In this document: one piece after another, positions 30,002-39,016 of the stretch
Layout: each line of letters starts with the position of its first letter
Numbering within the stretch: the stretch's first letter is position 1
Assembly: GCA_043825735.1 (NCBI GenBank)
Contig: JBDRRP010000061.1
Coordinates: forward strand, 1-44,029
Direction: 5' to 3'
DNA length: 44,029 nucleotides
From: Pseudomonadota bacterium
GTDB taxonomy: Bacteria > Desulfobacterota > Desulfobacteria > Desulfobacterales > JBDRRP01
The notes under the pieces: model-generated
Told to the model about the DNA's origin: nothing
Databases searched by the model: none
Seen by the model: only the letters and a program-made list of their open reading frames with translations
Made by a program: the position numbers and the translations under genes

Positions 30002-31469
30002 GGGGATCGCGCCGCAGGCTTTCCATGCGCTCCTTGGAGCTGACGATCTCGGTGATGCGGATACCGTATTTTTCATTTTCCACGACCACCTCGCCGCGTG
30101 CCACGAGCGTCTCGTTGGCCAGCACATCCAGCGGTTCCCCTTCGAGGTTTTTATGAACCAGGGCGCTGCCCGGGCCCATCTTCAACAGGTCGTCGATTTT
30201 CATCCGGCTGCGCCCCAATTCAACGGTCAACTCCAAGGGGATGTCCATGAGGATGTCCAGCGCGTCGGTGGGGATCTCTTCGGGTCCAATGTCTGCTTCA
30301 GTGTTCGAAAGCAGGGGCGCCGTTGTCGGCGTCGGGGCCGGCGGTGCATTCTGCGCTTGGGTGGTGGCCGCATCGACAATGGCCTGGGCGTCTTTTGCCG
30401 TGTCTCGGGCTACGGGCGTTGCGGGGGCGGCGGTCGGTGTTGCGGCCGGTTTGGCGGCCCCGGCCGGTTCATCGATCTTGATGCAGACTTCTACGAAAAT
30501 GCGGTGTTTGTCGAAGGCAAACGCATAGGTTTCGTAGCGGTCCATGTTAGCGGTCTCGATGTTGAAATCGGTACCGTAGGTTATGTTGGGCGGTGAGATG
30601 CGGCAGTTGAGTCCTGAATCGTTGAACGCTGCCTTGAGGTTTCCGGCGATGATGTTGGTCACCTCACCGATGACGTCTTTGAGTTCGTCTTCGCCTTCGA
30701 GTTCTTCTTCCTTGATACCCATCATGCCGCAGGCGATAATCTTTGCGAAGCTCTCGGTCACCATGATCTCCAGGCCGCCCTTAACCTGCCCGGCAAAGCC
30801 AACCTGACCCAGCATCCGCGGCTCCATACTCGGCGGGGCCTCTTTTTCCTCCACGGGCTCCACCTGCATGCCCAGCATGACGTCGAAGAGCTCAATGACG
30901 GTATCTCCGGTGGATTCGATGAGTCCCAATCGGCTGAACTGGCTGACATCGACAGCGGTAAGGCGGGCCCGCGCTTCGGGGGCGGCGCCCTCGGCGGCTT
31001 TTACGGCCAGTTCAATCTGGAGCTGATGCGCACCGAAGGTGAAGGCGAACCGGTCGTATCGGTCCATGTTGAGTGTTTCAATTGAGAAATCGGCGCCACT
31101 GGTGATGCTCGGCGTCGTGATCGCGCAGTTGAGCCCCACGTCTTCGAGGCCGCTCTTGAGGTTGCCGCCGACAATGTTGCAGGTCTCCCGGATGACGTCG
31201 CGGATTTCCTCGATACTTTCTATTTCATCGGGTTCCATCCCGAGCATGGCGGCGGTCATGGTGCGTCCTGCGATTTCATCAACCTGGATGTTGATGCTGC
31301 CCACCACCTCTCCGGTGAAACTGAGGGTGCCGATGAGCCGTTGGCCGTCCATTGGGACGATCTGGTCTTCTGCGACAAGTTCTATGGCCAGATCCAGCAT
31401 GGTATCGAACAGGTCGATGACCGAATTGGATACGGACTGCTTGATGTCAAATGCGTCAGAGCCGGGCAT
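29982..31469 (-). CDS. Flagellar switch FliN/FliY-like protein with two tandem CheX/CheC-like domains
   Basis: Two ~155 aa repeats each with an E-x2-N motif (RETCNIVGGNLK; GEVTNIIAGNLK), an Ala/Pro linker, and a C-terminal FliN/SpoA domain (DIPLELTVELGR...ARGEVVVENEKYGIRITEI). Confidence 0.85.
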   Translation of the reverse strand: MPGSDAFDIKQSVSNSVIDLFDTMLDLAIELVAEDQIVPMDGQRLIGTLSFTGEVVGSINIQVDEIAGRTMTAAMLGMEPDEIESIEEIRDVIRETCNIVGGNLKSGLEDVGLNCAITTPSITSGADFSIETLNMDRYDRFAFTFGAHQLQIELAVKAAEGAAPEARARLTAVDVSQFSRLGLIESTGDTVIELFDVMLGMQVEPVEEKEAPPSMEPRMLGQVGFAGQVKGGLEIMVTESFAKIIACGMMGIKEEELEGEDELKDVIGEVTNIIAGNLKAAFNDSGLNCRISPPNITYGTDFNIETANMDRYETYAFAFDKHRIFVEVCIKIDEPAGAAKPAATPTAAPATPVARDTAKDAQAIVDAATTQAQNAPPAPTPTTAPLLSNTEADIGPEEIPTDALDILMDIPLELTVELGRSRMKIDDLLKMGPGSALVHKNLEGEPLDVLANETLVARGEVVVENEKYGIRITEIVSSKERMESLRRDPLKGGGL

Positions 31470-31665
31470 TGTCGAGGTCCTTGATCTGCGTCAACCGGCG
31501 GAATTACGATGACCTATCTCAAATATTGCGACAGGTTTAAAAAACCGCCATTAATATCATCTACTTACGTCCATCCTCCGGTGCTGTCAAGAAAATCGGA
31601 GACAAACCGGAGCTGCCGATACATGGGGATTGCCTGATGACCTGCCGGGGTTATCGCAGTGCCGG

Positions 31666-32012
31666 TCAGCGCGCGGAGAGATAATCCTGGATCAGCGATG
31701 TAACGATGGCACGGGTTTCCATGACGTTTTTAGCCTGGAGCCGCTCGCTGCTCAATATCGACTTGACCACCGCGTTGGACATCCATGTGCTGGGATCTTT
31801 CAGATCCCCTTCCACAGGGATCCAGTAGCCGTCGCCGGTGAAGTCGTCCAGCTGGCCGTGGCCCGCGCAGTAGATGAGCAGGTTGTCGGAGGGTTCCATG
31901 GCGGCGGCGATATGCCGCAGATCGGCTTCGATCTGCCGCCGGGTGGCGGTCCTATTCAGACGCAGGGTGACATTTCCGGGCTGGAAATCATAGCGTTCGA
32001 CAAGAACGTCTC
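31666..32012 (-). pseudogene. Degenerate third copy of the caspase-like (C14) gene
   Basis: Frame reads LRDVLVERYDFQPGNVTLRL...DNLLIYCAGHGQLDDFTGDGYWIPVEG...ERLQAKNV and then jumps to IVTSLIQDYLSAR*. It lacks the signal peptide, the DSC catalytic motif, the coiled coil and most of the C-terminal domain. Confidence 0.8.
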
Positions 32013-33740
32013 TCAGCGCGGTGACAAGTAATCCGTGATGACCAGCGAAAAATAGTCCGAAAAATTGCTGCTGACGCTGCCTGCGCCGATGCGGCCGCCA
32101 TGCGTGAACACTTTTTGGGTCGATACGTCGATGAGGTAGGCATCTCCGTGACCGTTGTCCATATCAACGGTCATGCGGATGAGAAAGACAATGTCCACGC
32201 CCAGCTTTCTGCCGAGTGCAGCCGCTTCTCCGACAACGGGATCCGGCAGGACGGCAAAAAATGAAGCCCTTTTCCAGAGGCGGTTCTTTGCTTCCGTGTC
32301 AATGATGTCGTCGGTGATGCTGACAAAGTCTTTTGAAAACGCTGCATAGTTTTTGTCAACACTGGTGAGTTTGATCCGGTGTTCACGGCCCAGGGCGTTT
32401 TTCAGTCCGGCGGCACTCAACGGTCCCCAAATATTGGCATAGTGCATGGCGTGGTTTGACAGTCGGTGGCTGTAAATGTTCAAAAGTGCGGCCGTGACGA
32501 CAGCCTCGGATGTCGGCCGCTGCGGAGGCTGAAGGGTTTTCTGCGACACGGCGGCTACGGTTTCAGGGGGCGCGGCTGGTGGTGCCGGCGCGGCCTTTGC
32601 GTCCGCCGACAGTTTTTTCATGGCCTCCAGTTGCATGGCCATTTTCTGAAACGCCAGTTCCTGCTTCTGGGATTCCAGTTCGAGTTTTTCCATACCCAAC
32701 TGTTGCTTCTGGGCCAGCAGGTCCTTTTCCATCTCCAGCTTCTGGCGTTCGATCTCGATGCGCTGGCGTTCGGCCTGCAGGGCAGCCATCTGATCGGCCT
32801 CCCGGGCCTTCATTTTAACGGCTTCCGCTTCCTCGCGCTGTTTTTCCTCGGCCCGCCGCTGCTCTTCGACCCAGGCCTGGTTGAAGAGAACGAACTGCCC
32901 GTCGTCGTCCATGGGCGTCTTGAGGCGCCCCACGCTGGGCCGCTGGCCGCCGATCTCGGTGACCGGCTTCCACACCCGGGTATTGAAGAGGTTTTCCAGG
33001 TCGATGACTTCGCGGTCGTTTTCACTCATGGCCTTGATGAGGTAGTAGGCGAACAGGCTGTGGCTGTCAGCGCCGCCGTCGGAGACCGGCTCAAGCCCGC
33101 CGGAGCTGATGATCTGGCGCGATCGCCTGGCCGCGGCGGCCCGGAGTTTCTCCACGTATCCTGCGTCGGTGAGCGGCAGCAGTGACGGCCCGCCCCGGAG
33201 CATGGCGCCGGAGTAACAACTGTCGGCGATGATCAGGACGTTTTTGGCCTTGACCCGTTCGGAGCCGAGCAGCCCCTTGATGTATGAGTTCGCCAGCCAG
33301 GTGCCCGGCTCCTTTGGGGACCCGTCCACCGGCACCCAGTAGCCGTCACCGGTGAGATCATCGAGCTGGCCGTGGCCGGCATAGTAGATCAGCAGGTTGT
33401 CTGTTTCGCTCATGCCCGCGGCAATGCGGCGCAGATCGGCCATGACCTGCAGGCGCGTGGCGTCGCTGTCCAGACGCAGGGTGAGGTTTTCTTTCTTGAA
33501 TCCGTACTTGGCGACGAGAACGCCGGCGATATCCTGAGCGTCCTTGACCGCCGTGCGCAATCGGGGCCACTGCTGGTAGGCGTCGATGCCGATGATCAGT
33601 GCGTGATAGGTACCCCATCCGTCGTTCTGGGGCACGCCCGGATGGGAAACGCTGATGCCGCGCTCAGCGCCGCCAACCGGCGCGGCGATAACGACTGCGG
33701 CCGCCAGCAGCAAGAATGCCTTGCAGGGGAATGGCATCAT
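32013..33740 (-). CDS. Exported caspase-family (peptidase C14) protein with coiled coil and C-terminal alpha/beta domain
   Basis: Signal peptide; HALIIGIDAY, YYAGHG and IADSCYSG (His-Cys dyad); E/Q/K-rich coiled coil; C-terminal domain with LGRKLGVDIVFLIRM. Confidence 0.88.
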   Translation of the reverse strand: MMPFPCKAFLLLAAAVVIAAPVGGAERGISVSHPGVPQNDGWGTYHALIIGIDAYQQWPRLRTAVKDAQDIAGVLVAKYGFKKENLTLRLDSDATRLQVMADLRRIAAGMSETDNLLIYYAGHGQLDDLTGDGYWVPVDGSPKEPGTWLANSYIKGLLGSERVKAKNVLIIADSCYSGAMLRGGPSLLPLTDAGYVEKLRAAAARRSRQIISSGGLEPVSDGGADSHSLFAYYLIKAMSENDREVIDLENLFNTRVWKPVTEIGGQRPSVGRLKTPMDDDGQFVLFNQAWVEEQRRAEEKQREEAEAVKMKAREADQMAALQAERQRIEIERQKLEMEKDLLAQKQQLGMEKLELESQKQELAFQKMAMQLEAMKKLSADAKAAPAPPAAPPETVAAVSQKTLQPPQRPTSEAVVTAALLNIYSHRLSNHAMHYANIWGPLSAAGLKNALGREHRIKLTSVDKNYAAFSKDFVSITDDIIDTEAKNRLWKRASFFAVLPDPVVGEAAALGRKLGVDIVFLIRMTVDMDNGHGDAYLIDVSTQKVFTHGGRIGAGSVSSNFSDYFSLVITDYLSPR

Positions 33741-33789
33741 GGGATCACTCCTTGGGAAAACAACCAGACGCTTGTTGTCAACTGTCCGG

Positions 33790-36108
33790 TCACCGTGTCG
33801 ACCAGTATTTGGCGAGTGCGGCTTTAGTGGCCTGTTCAGCCGCTTTCACCGGGTAGTTATCCTGTGAGGTCATTTCTTGTGAAATTATCAGGCCTGAGTT
33901 CGGATCGAGCAGAAACACTTCGAACGAACTCCTGTCGGCAATATATCCGCGGAAAACGATGACGAGGTCCGCGCCGATCTGTTTGCCATAGGCGGAGATC
34001 TTATCGGATTGCGGCGCCGGAAGGGTGTCAAATGCGGTCTGCTTCTTCCATATCAGTTTGGCGGTCTCGGCATTCAATACGTCGTCGACAATGAGGGTAT
34101 CCGGAGGGATCCACTTGTTTTGTTTAAAAGAGAACGCGAGCTTTATGCCGCGATCGGCGTTGAGGGCTTTCATGAGGCCGCGGATGCATCCTTCGTCCCA
34201 ACCGGCCATGTTCTGCCGATGTGTCAGCGTCATATTCAGGGCGTTGGCGATGTAGTAAGGAAAAAGCGCCGTCTTGAGTGTCCTGGGGGTTGTCACGGAA
34301 GCCGCCGGCACCGGTCTTGCAGCAGCCGTTGGTGTCGGGCTTTCATTTCCTTTTGCCGACGCCAGCCGATAATCATCGAATACTTTCGTGAAATACTTCT
34401 GAGAATTTTTTGTGGCGTTGTCGTAGCCCATTTTGCCATTCAGGGTGCTCATCGCCTTTGACTTAACATCGATGAGATTGACCTGAATGGCGCTGTCGGT
34501 TTGGCCGTAGTCAATCCTGACGAGAAGCGCCGCGTCCACTCCGAGCGCCCGGCCCAGTGTGACCGCTTCATCGACTACCGGCTCAACCTCGGCAAACAAA
34601 GACTCTTTCTGCCACAACCGCTCTTTTGCCGCCTTATCCAAAACATCGCCGGCAATCCGTGTGTCACCGGGCAGTTCCCGGTAATCAGTGTCGACAACCG
34701 CCAGGTTGAAATCCGGGGCGGACCTGAGCGCGTTTTGAAGACCTCTGACGCAGGGGGTCTCCAGTCTTCCCGTATTTTGTGCCCCTTTCCGGTCTTTGAG
34801 GGTAGCGTAAAAGGGCAGCAACGCAACCCGAATTTTTCCGCCGGTCTGAGACGCCGCCGCAGGAGTCGGTGATGTCGTGGGGCTGAGCGCGGCAACCGTT
34901 TCAGGGGCGCTTCCAGCGGGAGCTGCCTGCGATTGTTGTTTCAGGGCCGCCAGGCGCTCTGCCATCTTTTGAAATTCCAGCTCCTGTTTTTGCTTTTCCA
35001 GCGAGAGCTTTTCCATTTCAAGCTGCCGCTTTTGGGCGAGCAGGTCTTTTTCCATTTCCAGTTTCTGGCGTTCGATCTCGATGCGCTGACGTTCGGCCTG
35101 AAGTGCCGCCATGCGATCGTCTTCCTCGGCGCGCCGCCTGGCGGCCACGTCCAGCTTCTTTTGGTCCTCGGCACGCTGCTTTGCGACCGCCTCCTGCTGG
35201 CGTTTTTCCTCGGCCTGGCGCAGCTGCTCGGCGACCCACGCCTGATGGTAGAGGACGAACTGGCCATCCTCGTCCATGGGAGTCTTGAGCCGTCCCACGG
35301 TGGGCCGCTGGCCTCCGATCTCGGTCACCGGTTTCCAGACCCGGGTGTGAAACAGGTTTTCAAGATCGATGACTTCGCGGTCGTTTTCCTTGAGCGCCTT
35401 GATGAAATAGAAGGCAAAAAGGCTGTGGCCATCGGCGCCGCCGTCGGCCACCGGCTCCAGTCCGCCCGAAGAGATCACCTGCCGGGAGGGTTTGGCAGCG
35501 ACCGTTCTCAGTTTTGCCGTGTAGTCGCCGTCCAGCGTCAAAAGGGACGGCCCTCCTCGGAGCATGGACCCGCTGTAGCAGCTGTCGGCAATCACGACGA
35601 CGTTTTTCGCCTTCAAATGCTGGCTGGTCAGTATCGATTTGATCTCCGAATTGGACAGCCATGTGCCGGGCTCTTTGGCATCGCCTTCCGAAGGGATCCA
35701 GAAGCCGTCTCCGGTGAGCTCGTCGAGCTGCCCGTGGCCGGCGAAATAGAAAAACAGGTTGTCGGCAGGGCCGATGCCGGCGGCGATGCGCCTTAAAGCG
35801 GCGATGATCTGCCGGCGGCTGGCGGCCTCATTGATCAGCAGGGTGACATTTTCCGGCTGGAAGCCGTAGCGGCTGACCAGAACGTCTCTCAACTCAGTGG
35901 CGTCCTTGACCGCTGTTTTCAGACCCGGCCACTGCTGGTAGGTGTCGATGCCGATGATCAGGGCGTGGTAACGGCCCCAGGCGTTTTGAGGGGGTCCCTG
36001 CGGGCCGGTCACGCTGACACCGCGCTCTGCAGCAATTCCAGGGGCGGTCGTCACGGTCAGAAAGATGCACGCCACCAATAGCCGGTGAAGAATCGATCGC
36101 GCCATCAT
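33790..36108 (-). CDS. Exported caspase-family (peptidase C14) protein with coiled coil and two C-terminal alpha/beta domains
   Basis: Signal peptide; HALIIGIDTY, FYFAGHG and IADSCYSG; coiled coil; two repeats containing LGRALGVDAALLVRI and YGKQIGADLVIVFRG. Confidence 0.88.
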   Translation of the reverse strand: MMARSILHRLLVACIFLTVTTAPGIAAERGVSVTGPQGPPQNAWGRYHALIIGIDTYQQWPGLKTAVKDATELRDVLVSRYGFQPENVTLLINEAASRRQIIAALRRIAAGIGPADNLFFYFAGHGQLDELTGDGFWIPSEGDAKEPGTWLSNSEIKSILTSQHLKAKNVVVIADSCYSGSMLRGGPSLLTLDGDYTAKLRTVAAKPSRQVISSGGLEPVADGGADGHSLFAFYFIKALKENDREVIDLENLFHTRVWKPVTEIGGQRPTVGRLKTPMDEDGQFVLYHQAWVAEQLRQAEEKRQQEAVAKQRAEDQKKLDVAARRRAEEDDRMAALQAERQRIEIERQKLEMEKDLLAQKRQLEMEKLSLEKQKQELEFQKMAERLAALKQQSQAAPAGSAPETVAALSPTTSPTPAAASQTGGKIRVALLPFYATLKDRKGAQNTGRLETPCVRGLQNALRSAPDFNLAVVDTDYRELPGDTRIAGDVLDKAAKERLWQKESLFAEVEPVVDEAVTLGRALGVDAALLVRIDYGQTDSAIQVNLIDVKSKAMSTLNGKMGYDNATKNSQKYFTKVFDDYRLASAKGNESPTPTAAARPVPAASVTTPRTLKTALFPYYIANALNMTLTHRQNMAGWDEGCIRGLMKALNADRGIKLAFSFKQNKWIPPDTLIVDDVLNAETAKLIWKKQTAFDTLPAPQSDKISAYGKQIGADLVIVFRGYIADRSSFEVFLLDPNSGLIISQEMTSQDNYPVKAAEQATKAALAKYWSTR

Positions 36109-36256
36109 GATCCACCCGATGATTCAGGTTGATATGAAAACTGTCCTGTCGGGACTATACGACTTTTCCGCCGCCGCGGCAATCGGTTCAATGGGCAGCC
36201 TCAACGCCGATCCGACAGGCCCGTTTCTTTGTCGCCATGACCCGGAGCGCAGGGTG

Positions 36257-36937
36257 TCAGGCGTCTTTTGCGTCTACTTCCAGGGCTGACTTTACAGCGC
36301 GGCGCAAGGCGGCGCTATGAACGTCGCCGGCAAAGTGGACGGGGCTTTTACCCCAGATGGGATCCCAGCCGGCCGGATCGGCAGAGCAGAAGAACTGGGT
36401 CTCCAGGCCGATGCGTACGATGGCATCCTCGGCGGCGAGCCCGACGATTTTTTGGCCAGCCTCCCAGGACGCCCCGCAGGGGGCCCCGCGCACGGTTTCC
36501 ACGGCGGCGATGATGCCGCCCTCCAGGGTCACCGAATATTCGGGCGCGCCGAAGTGCTCTCCGTAGTTGCCCAGGCAGACCTGCCTGGAAAGGCCGCATC
36601 AGGTGGGCGGGGTGAACACCAGCCGATCGGTGCGCGATTTTTTCCCGGAGGCCACCACGGGGATGCCCTGCCGCATGCACAGAGCATCCAGATCGTGAGA
36701 CAGGTCCGGGTGGGTGAGAAAATCCAGGACCAGGTCGGCATCGATTCGTTCGGGCAAAAATTCGGCGCCGTCTTCGATGACGGGCGGCAGGGGTGTGTCG
36801 ATGGAAACAACGGTGATGTCAAAACGCCCGCCGCCGTATTTGCGCATACCGGCGATCTTGGTTTCAGCGCTGCCGTATTGCTGGAAAACAGTGATGCGCT
36901 GGGGGCGTTCGGAGGTCGGCGGCTGGCACTGGTTCAT
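36257..36937 (-). CDS. DUF166-family protein, probable selenoprotein (UC motif)
   Basis: Track ORFs 36599..36937 and 36257..36532 share a frame and are separated only by TGA (36601-36599): ...VFTPPT-U-CGLSRQVCLGNYGEHFGAPE...VRGAPCGASW. Hairpin CCAGGCA-GGTC-TGCCTGG lies 10 nt downstream of the TGA. Confidence 0.82.
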
Positions 36938-38802
36938 GGGGTGTCCCCGCTGGTGTCGTCCAGTTCGTTGAGTCGCGACTCGAATTCGGCATCCAGGGCG
37001 TCGTGTTGGGCGGATACCGATTCCAGTCCGCGATAGGCGCCGTCGATTTCCTGCTGGCGCTTGTGGATGGCGCGGCCCAGTTCGGTGATGCGCCGGGCAT
37101 TTTGCTGCTCGGAGGCCGTCACCATGTCCTGGTGGATGTCGGCCAGTTCGGTTTCGAGCGTTTCGATTTTCTTTTCAAGCGCCGTCAGCTCTTTTTTGAG
37201 CGGCGCCAGGACGCGTCCCTTTTCCGCGATGAGCTCCGAGCGCTTGCGTTTGAGCGCCTTTTTGTCCAGCCGGGTCATGGAGACGGGGCGCGGCTTTTTT
37301 CGGCGTCCGTCATCTTCGGAATCCCAGCCGAAACGCTCCAGAAAGTCCGCGTAGCCGCCCTGGAACACTTCGACGCCGCTTTCCTGGAAAATGATGAGTT
37401 TGTCTGCCACGCCGTTTAAGAACATCTCGTTGTGGGTGACCATGATCACCGTTCCGTCAAAGACGTCGAGGGCGGCCAGCAGCGCATCGCACGAATCCAT
37501 GTCCAGGTGGTTGGAGGGCTCGTCCAAAAGGAGCAGGTTCACCGGGGTGGCCAGGATCTTTCCCAGCATGACGCGGCTTTTCTCGCCCCCGGAGAGCACG
37601 CTCACTTTTTTCAGAGCGTCATCGCCGGAAAACATCATGGCCCCGCAGATGTTTCGCGCGGCCTGGCGCTCGAGATCACCGTGCGCGGCCATGACTTCCT
37701 CTTCCACGGTCCGGCCATCGTGCAGGTGCTGAATATTGGTCTGCTCGTAGACCCCGGTCTCCACGTTGGGGCTGTAGGAGATGCTTCCTTTGGTAGGTTT
37801 CAGGGTGCCGGCCAGCAATTTGAGCAGGGTGGTCTTGCCGCGCCCGTTGGGGCCGATGATGCAGATCCGGTCCCCGGCCTGAACCGGGAAAGAAAGGTTT
37901 TTGATCAGCGGCGGCGATTTTTTGTCGTAGCCAAAGGTGAGCCCTTCGACCCGCATCACGTTTTTACCGGGCAGGGGTGTTTCCCGGAACCGGAAATCGA
38001 GGGTGTCGGCCCCTTCCAGCTTGTCCTTTTTTTCCAGCTTGGAAAGTGTCTTGATTCGGGACTGCACCATTCCCGCCAGGCGCGCCTTGGCGCGGAACCG
38101 GGTGATGAACAGCTCGATTTCCTTCCGGCGCTTTTCGTCGTTGACGCGCGTTTTTTCGTAGATCTCCTCTTCCTGGGCGATCTGCTGGTAGAATTTTTCG
38201 GTGTTGCCTTCGATCTTTTTCACCTTACGGCGGTGGATGCCGGCCACATGGGTGACCAGTCCGTCCATAAATCCGCGATCGTGGGTGATAAGCATGATTT
38301 CGTGGGGCCAGTCCTGAAGAAACCGGGTGATCCAGCGGATGGAGGTGATGTCGAGATAGTTGGTGGGCTCGTCCAAAAGGAGCAGGTCCGGGTCCGAGAC
38401 CAGCACCCGGGCCAGGTTCATGCGGACCTGGTAGCCGCCGGAAAAATCCTCGGGACGGCGGGCCATGTCTTTATCCTGGAAACCGAGCCCGGCCAGGATC
38501 TTTTCGGCCTTCCAGACCTGGTCCTTTTCAACCTCCGGCAGCCCGGCGGCCACTTCTTCGAGCACCGTGCCGTCGCCGAACCGCAGGTGCTGTGCCACAT
38601 GGCCGATGCGGTAGTTCCGGGGGATGACAATAGCCCCTGTCTCGGGGTGTTCCTCTCCGATGACCATTCGAAAGAGGGTGGTCTTACCGTGACCGTTACG
38701 GCCCACGAGCCCCAACCGCTCCCGGGAATTGATGCGAAAGCTCACGTCCTCGAAAAGGACGCGCGCGCCATAGGATTTGCTGACGTTTTCGATGCTGATC
38801 AT
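36934..38802 (-). CDS. ABC-F family ATP-binding protein (YheS/Uup-like) with C-terminal coiled coil
   Basis: Two ABC cassettes (GRNGHGKT/FSGG/LLLDEPTNYLD; GPNGRGKT/LSGGE/LLLDEPSNHLD) and no TM segments. Start at ATG 38802 (MISIENVSKSYG). Confidence 0.93.
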   Translation of the reverse strand: MISIENVSKSYGARVLFEDVSFRINSRERLGLVGRNGHGKTTLFRMVIGEEHPETGAIVIPRNYRIGHVAQHLRFGDGTVLEEVAAGLPEVEKDQVWKAEKILAGLGFQDKDMARRPEDFSGGYQVRMNLARVLVSDPDLLLLDEPTNYLDITSIRWITRFLQDWPHEIMLITHDRGFMDGLVTHVAGIHRRKVKKIEGNTEKFYQQIAQEEEIYEKTRVNDEKRRKEIELFITRFRAKARLAGMVQSRIKTLSKLEKKDKLEGADTLDFRFRETPLPGKNVMRVEGLTFGYDKKSPPLIKNLSFPVQAGDRICIIGPNGRGKTTLLKLLAGTLKPTKGSISYSPNVETGVYEQTNIQHLHDGRTVEEEVMAAHGDLERQAARNICGAMMFSGDDALKKVSVLSGGEKSRVMLGKILATPVNLLLLDEPSNHLDMDSCDALLAALDVFDGTVIMVTHNEMFLNGVADKLIIFQESGVEVFQGGYADFLERFGWDSEDDGRRKKPRPVSMTRLDKKALKRKRSELIAEKGRVLAPLKKELTALEKKIETLETELADIHQDMVTASEQQNARRITELGRAIHKRQQEIDGAYRGLESVSAQHDALDAEFESRLNELDDTSGDTP

Positions 38803-38822
38803 GGGGTGTCCGGTCGTTCTTT

Positions 38823-38965
38823 GTGCCCATCCACAGGTGGCATCTTTTGGCCCCCGGCGGCGTTCTCGCTCATTTGCAATCCTCGACATAGGCCCACTAT
38901 GCCTGCGGTTGCAAATTCGCTCGGGCCTTGCCGGGAACCAAAATCTACCACCTGTGGGTGGGCAC
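38823..38965. repeat. 143 bp structured palindromic repeat, family B (best-preserved copy)
   Basis: Terminal inverted repeats GTGCCCATCCACAGGTGG / CCACCTGTGGGTGGGCAC match at 17 of 18 positions. Nested inner stems (TTTGCAA..TTGCAAA; CATAG..CTATG); TA follows the right end. Confidence 0.8.
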
Positions 38966-39016
38966 TATTTTATCCGGGGGCGGTATAGAGCATTCGTCCC
39001 GGAGAGTCAAACCGGA

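Noticed and set aside
38803..38889. N-terminal extension of ABC-F into the family B repeat (possible in-frame repeat-derived peptide)
   Set aside because: The ABC domain begins at MISIENVSK (38802) and nothing supports translation from inside the repeat.
37432..38988. Long antisense ORFs, e.g. 518 aa opposite ABC-F, and those opposite clpX, lon, tig and gdhA
   Set aside because: These are shadow ORFs expected from high-GC codon bias opposite well-conserved genes, with no recognisable motifs.
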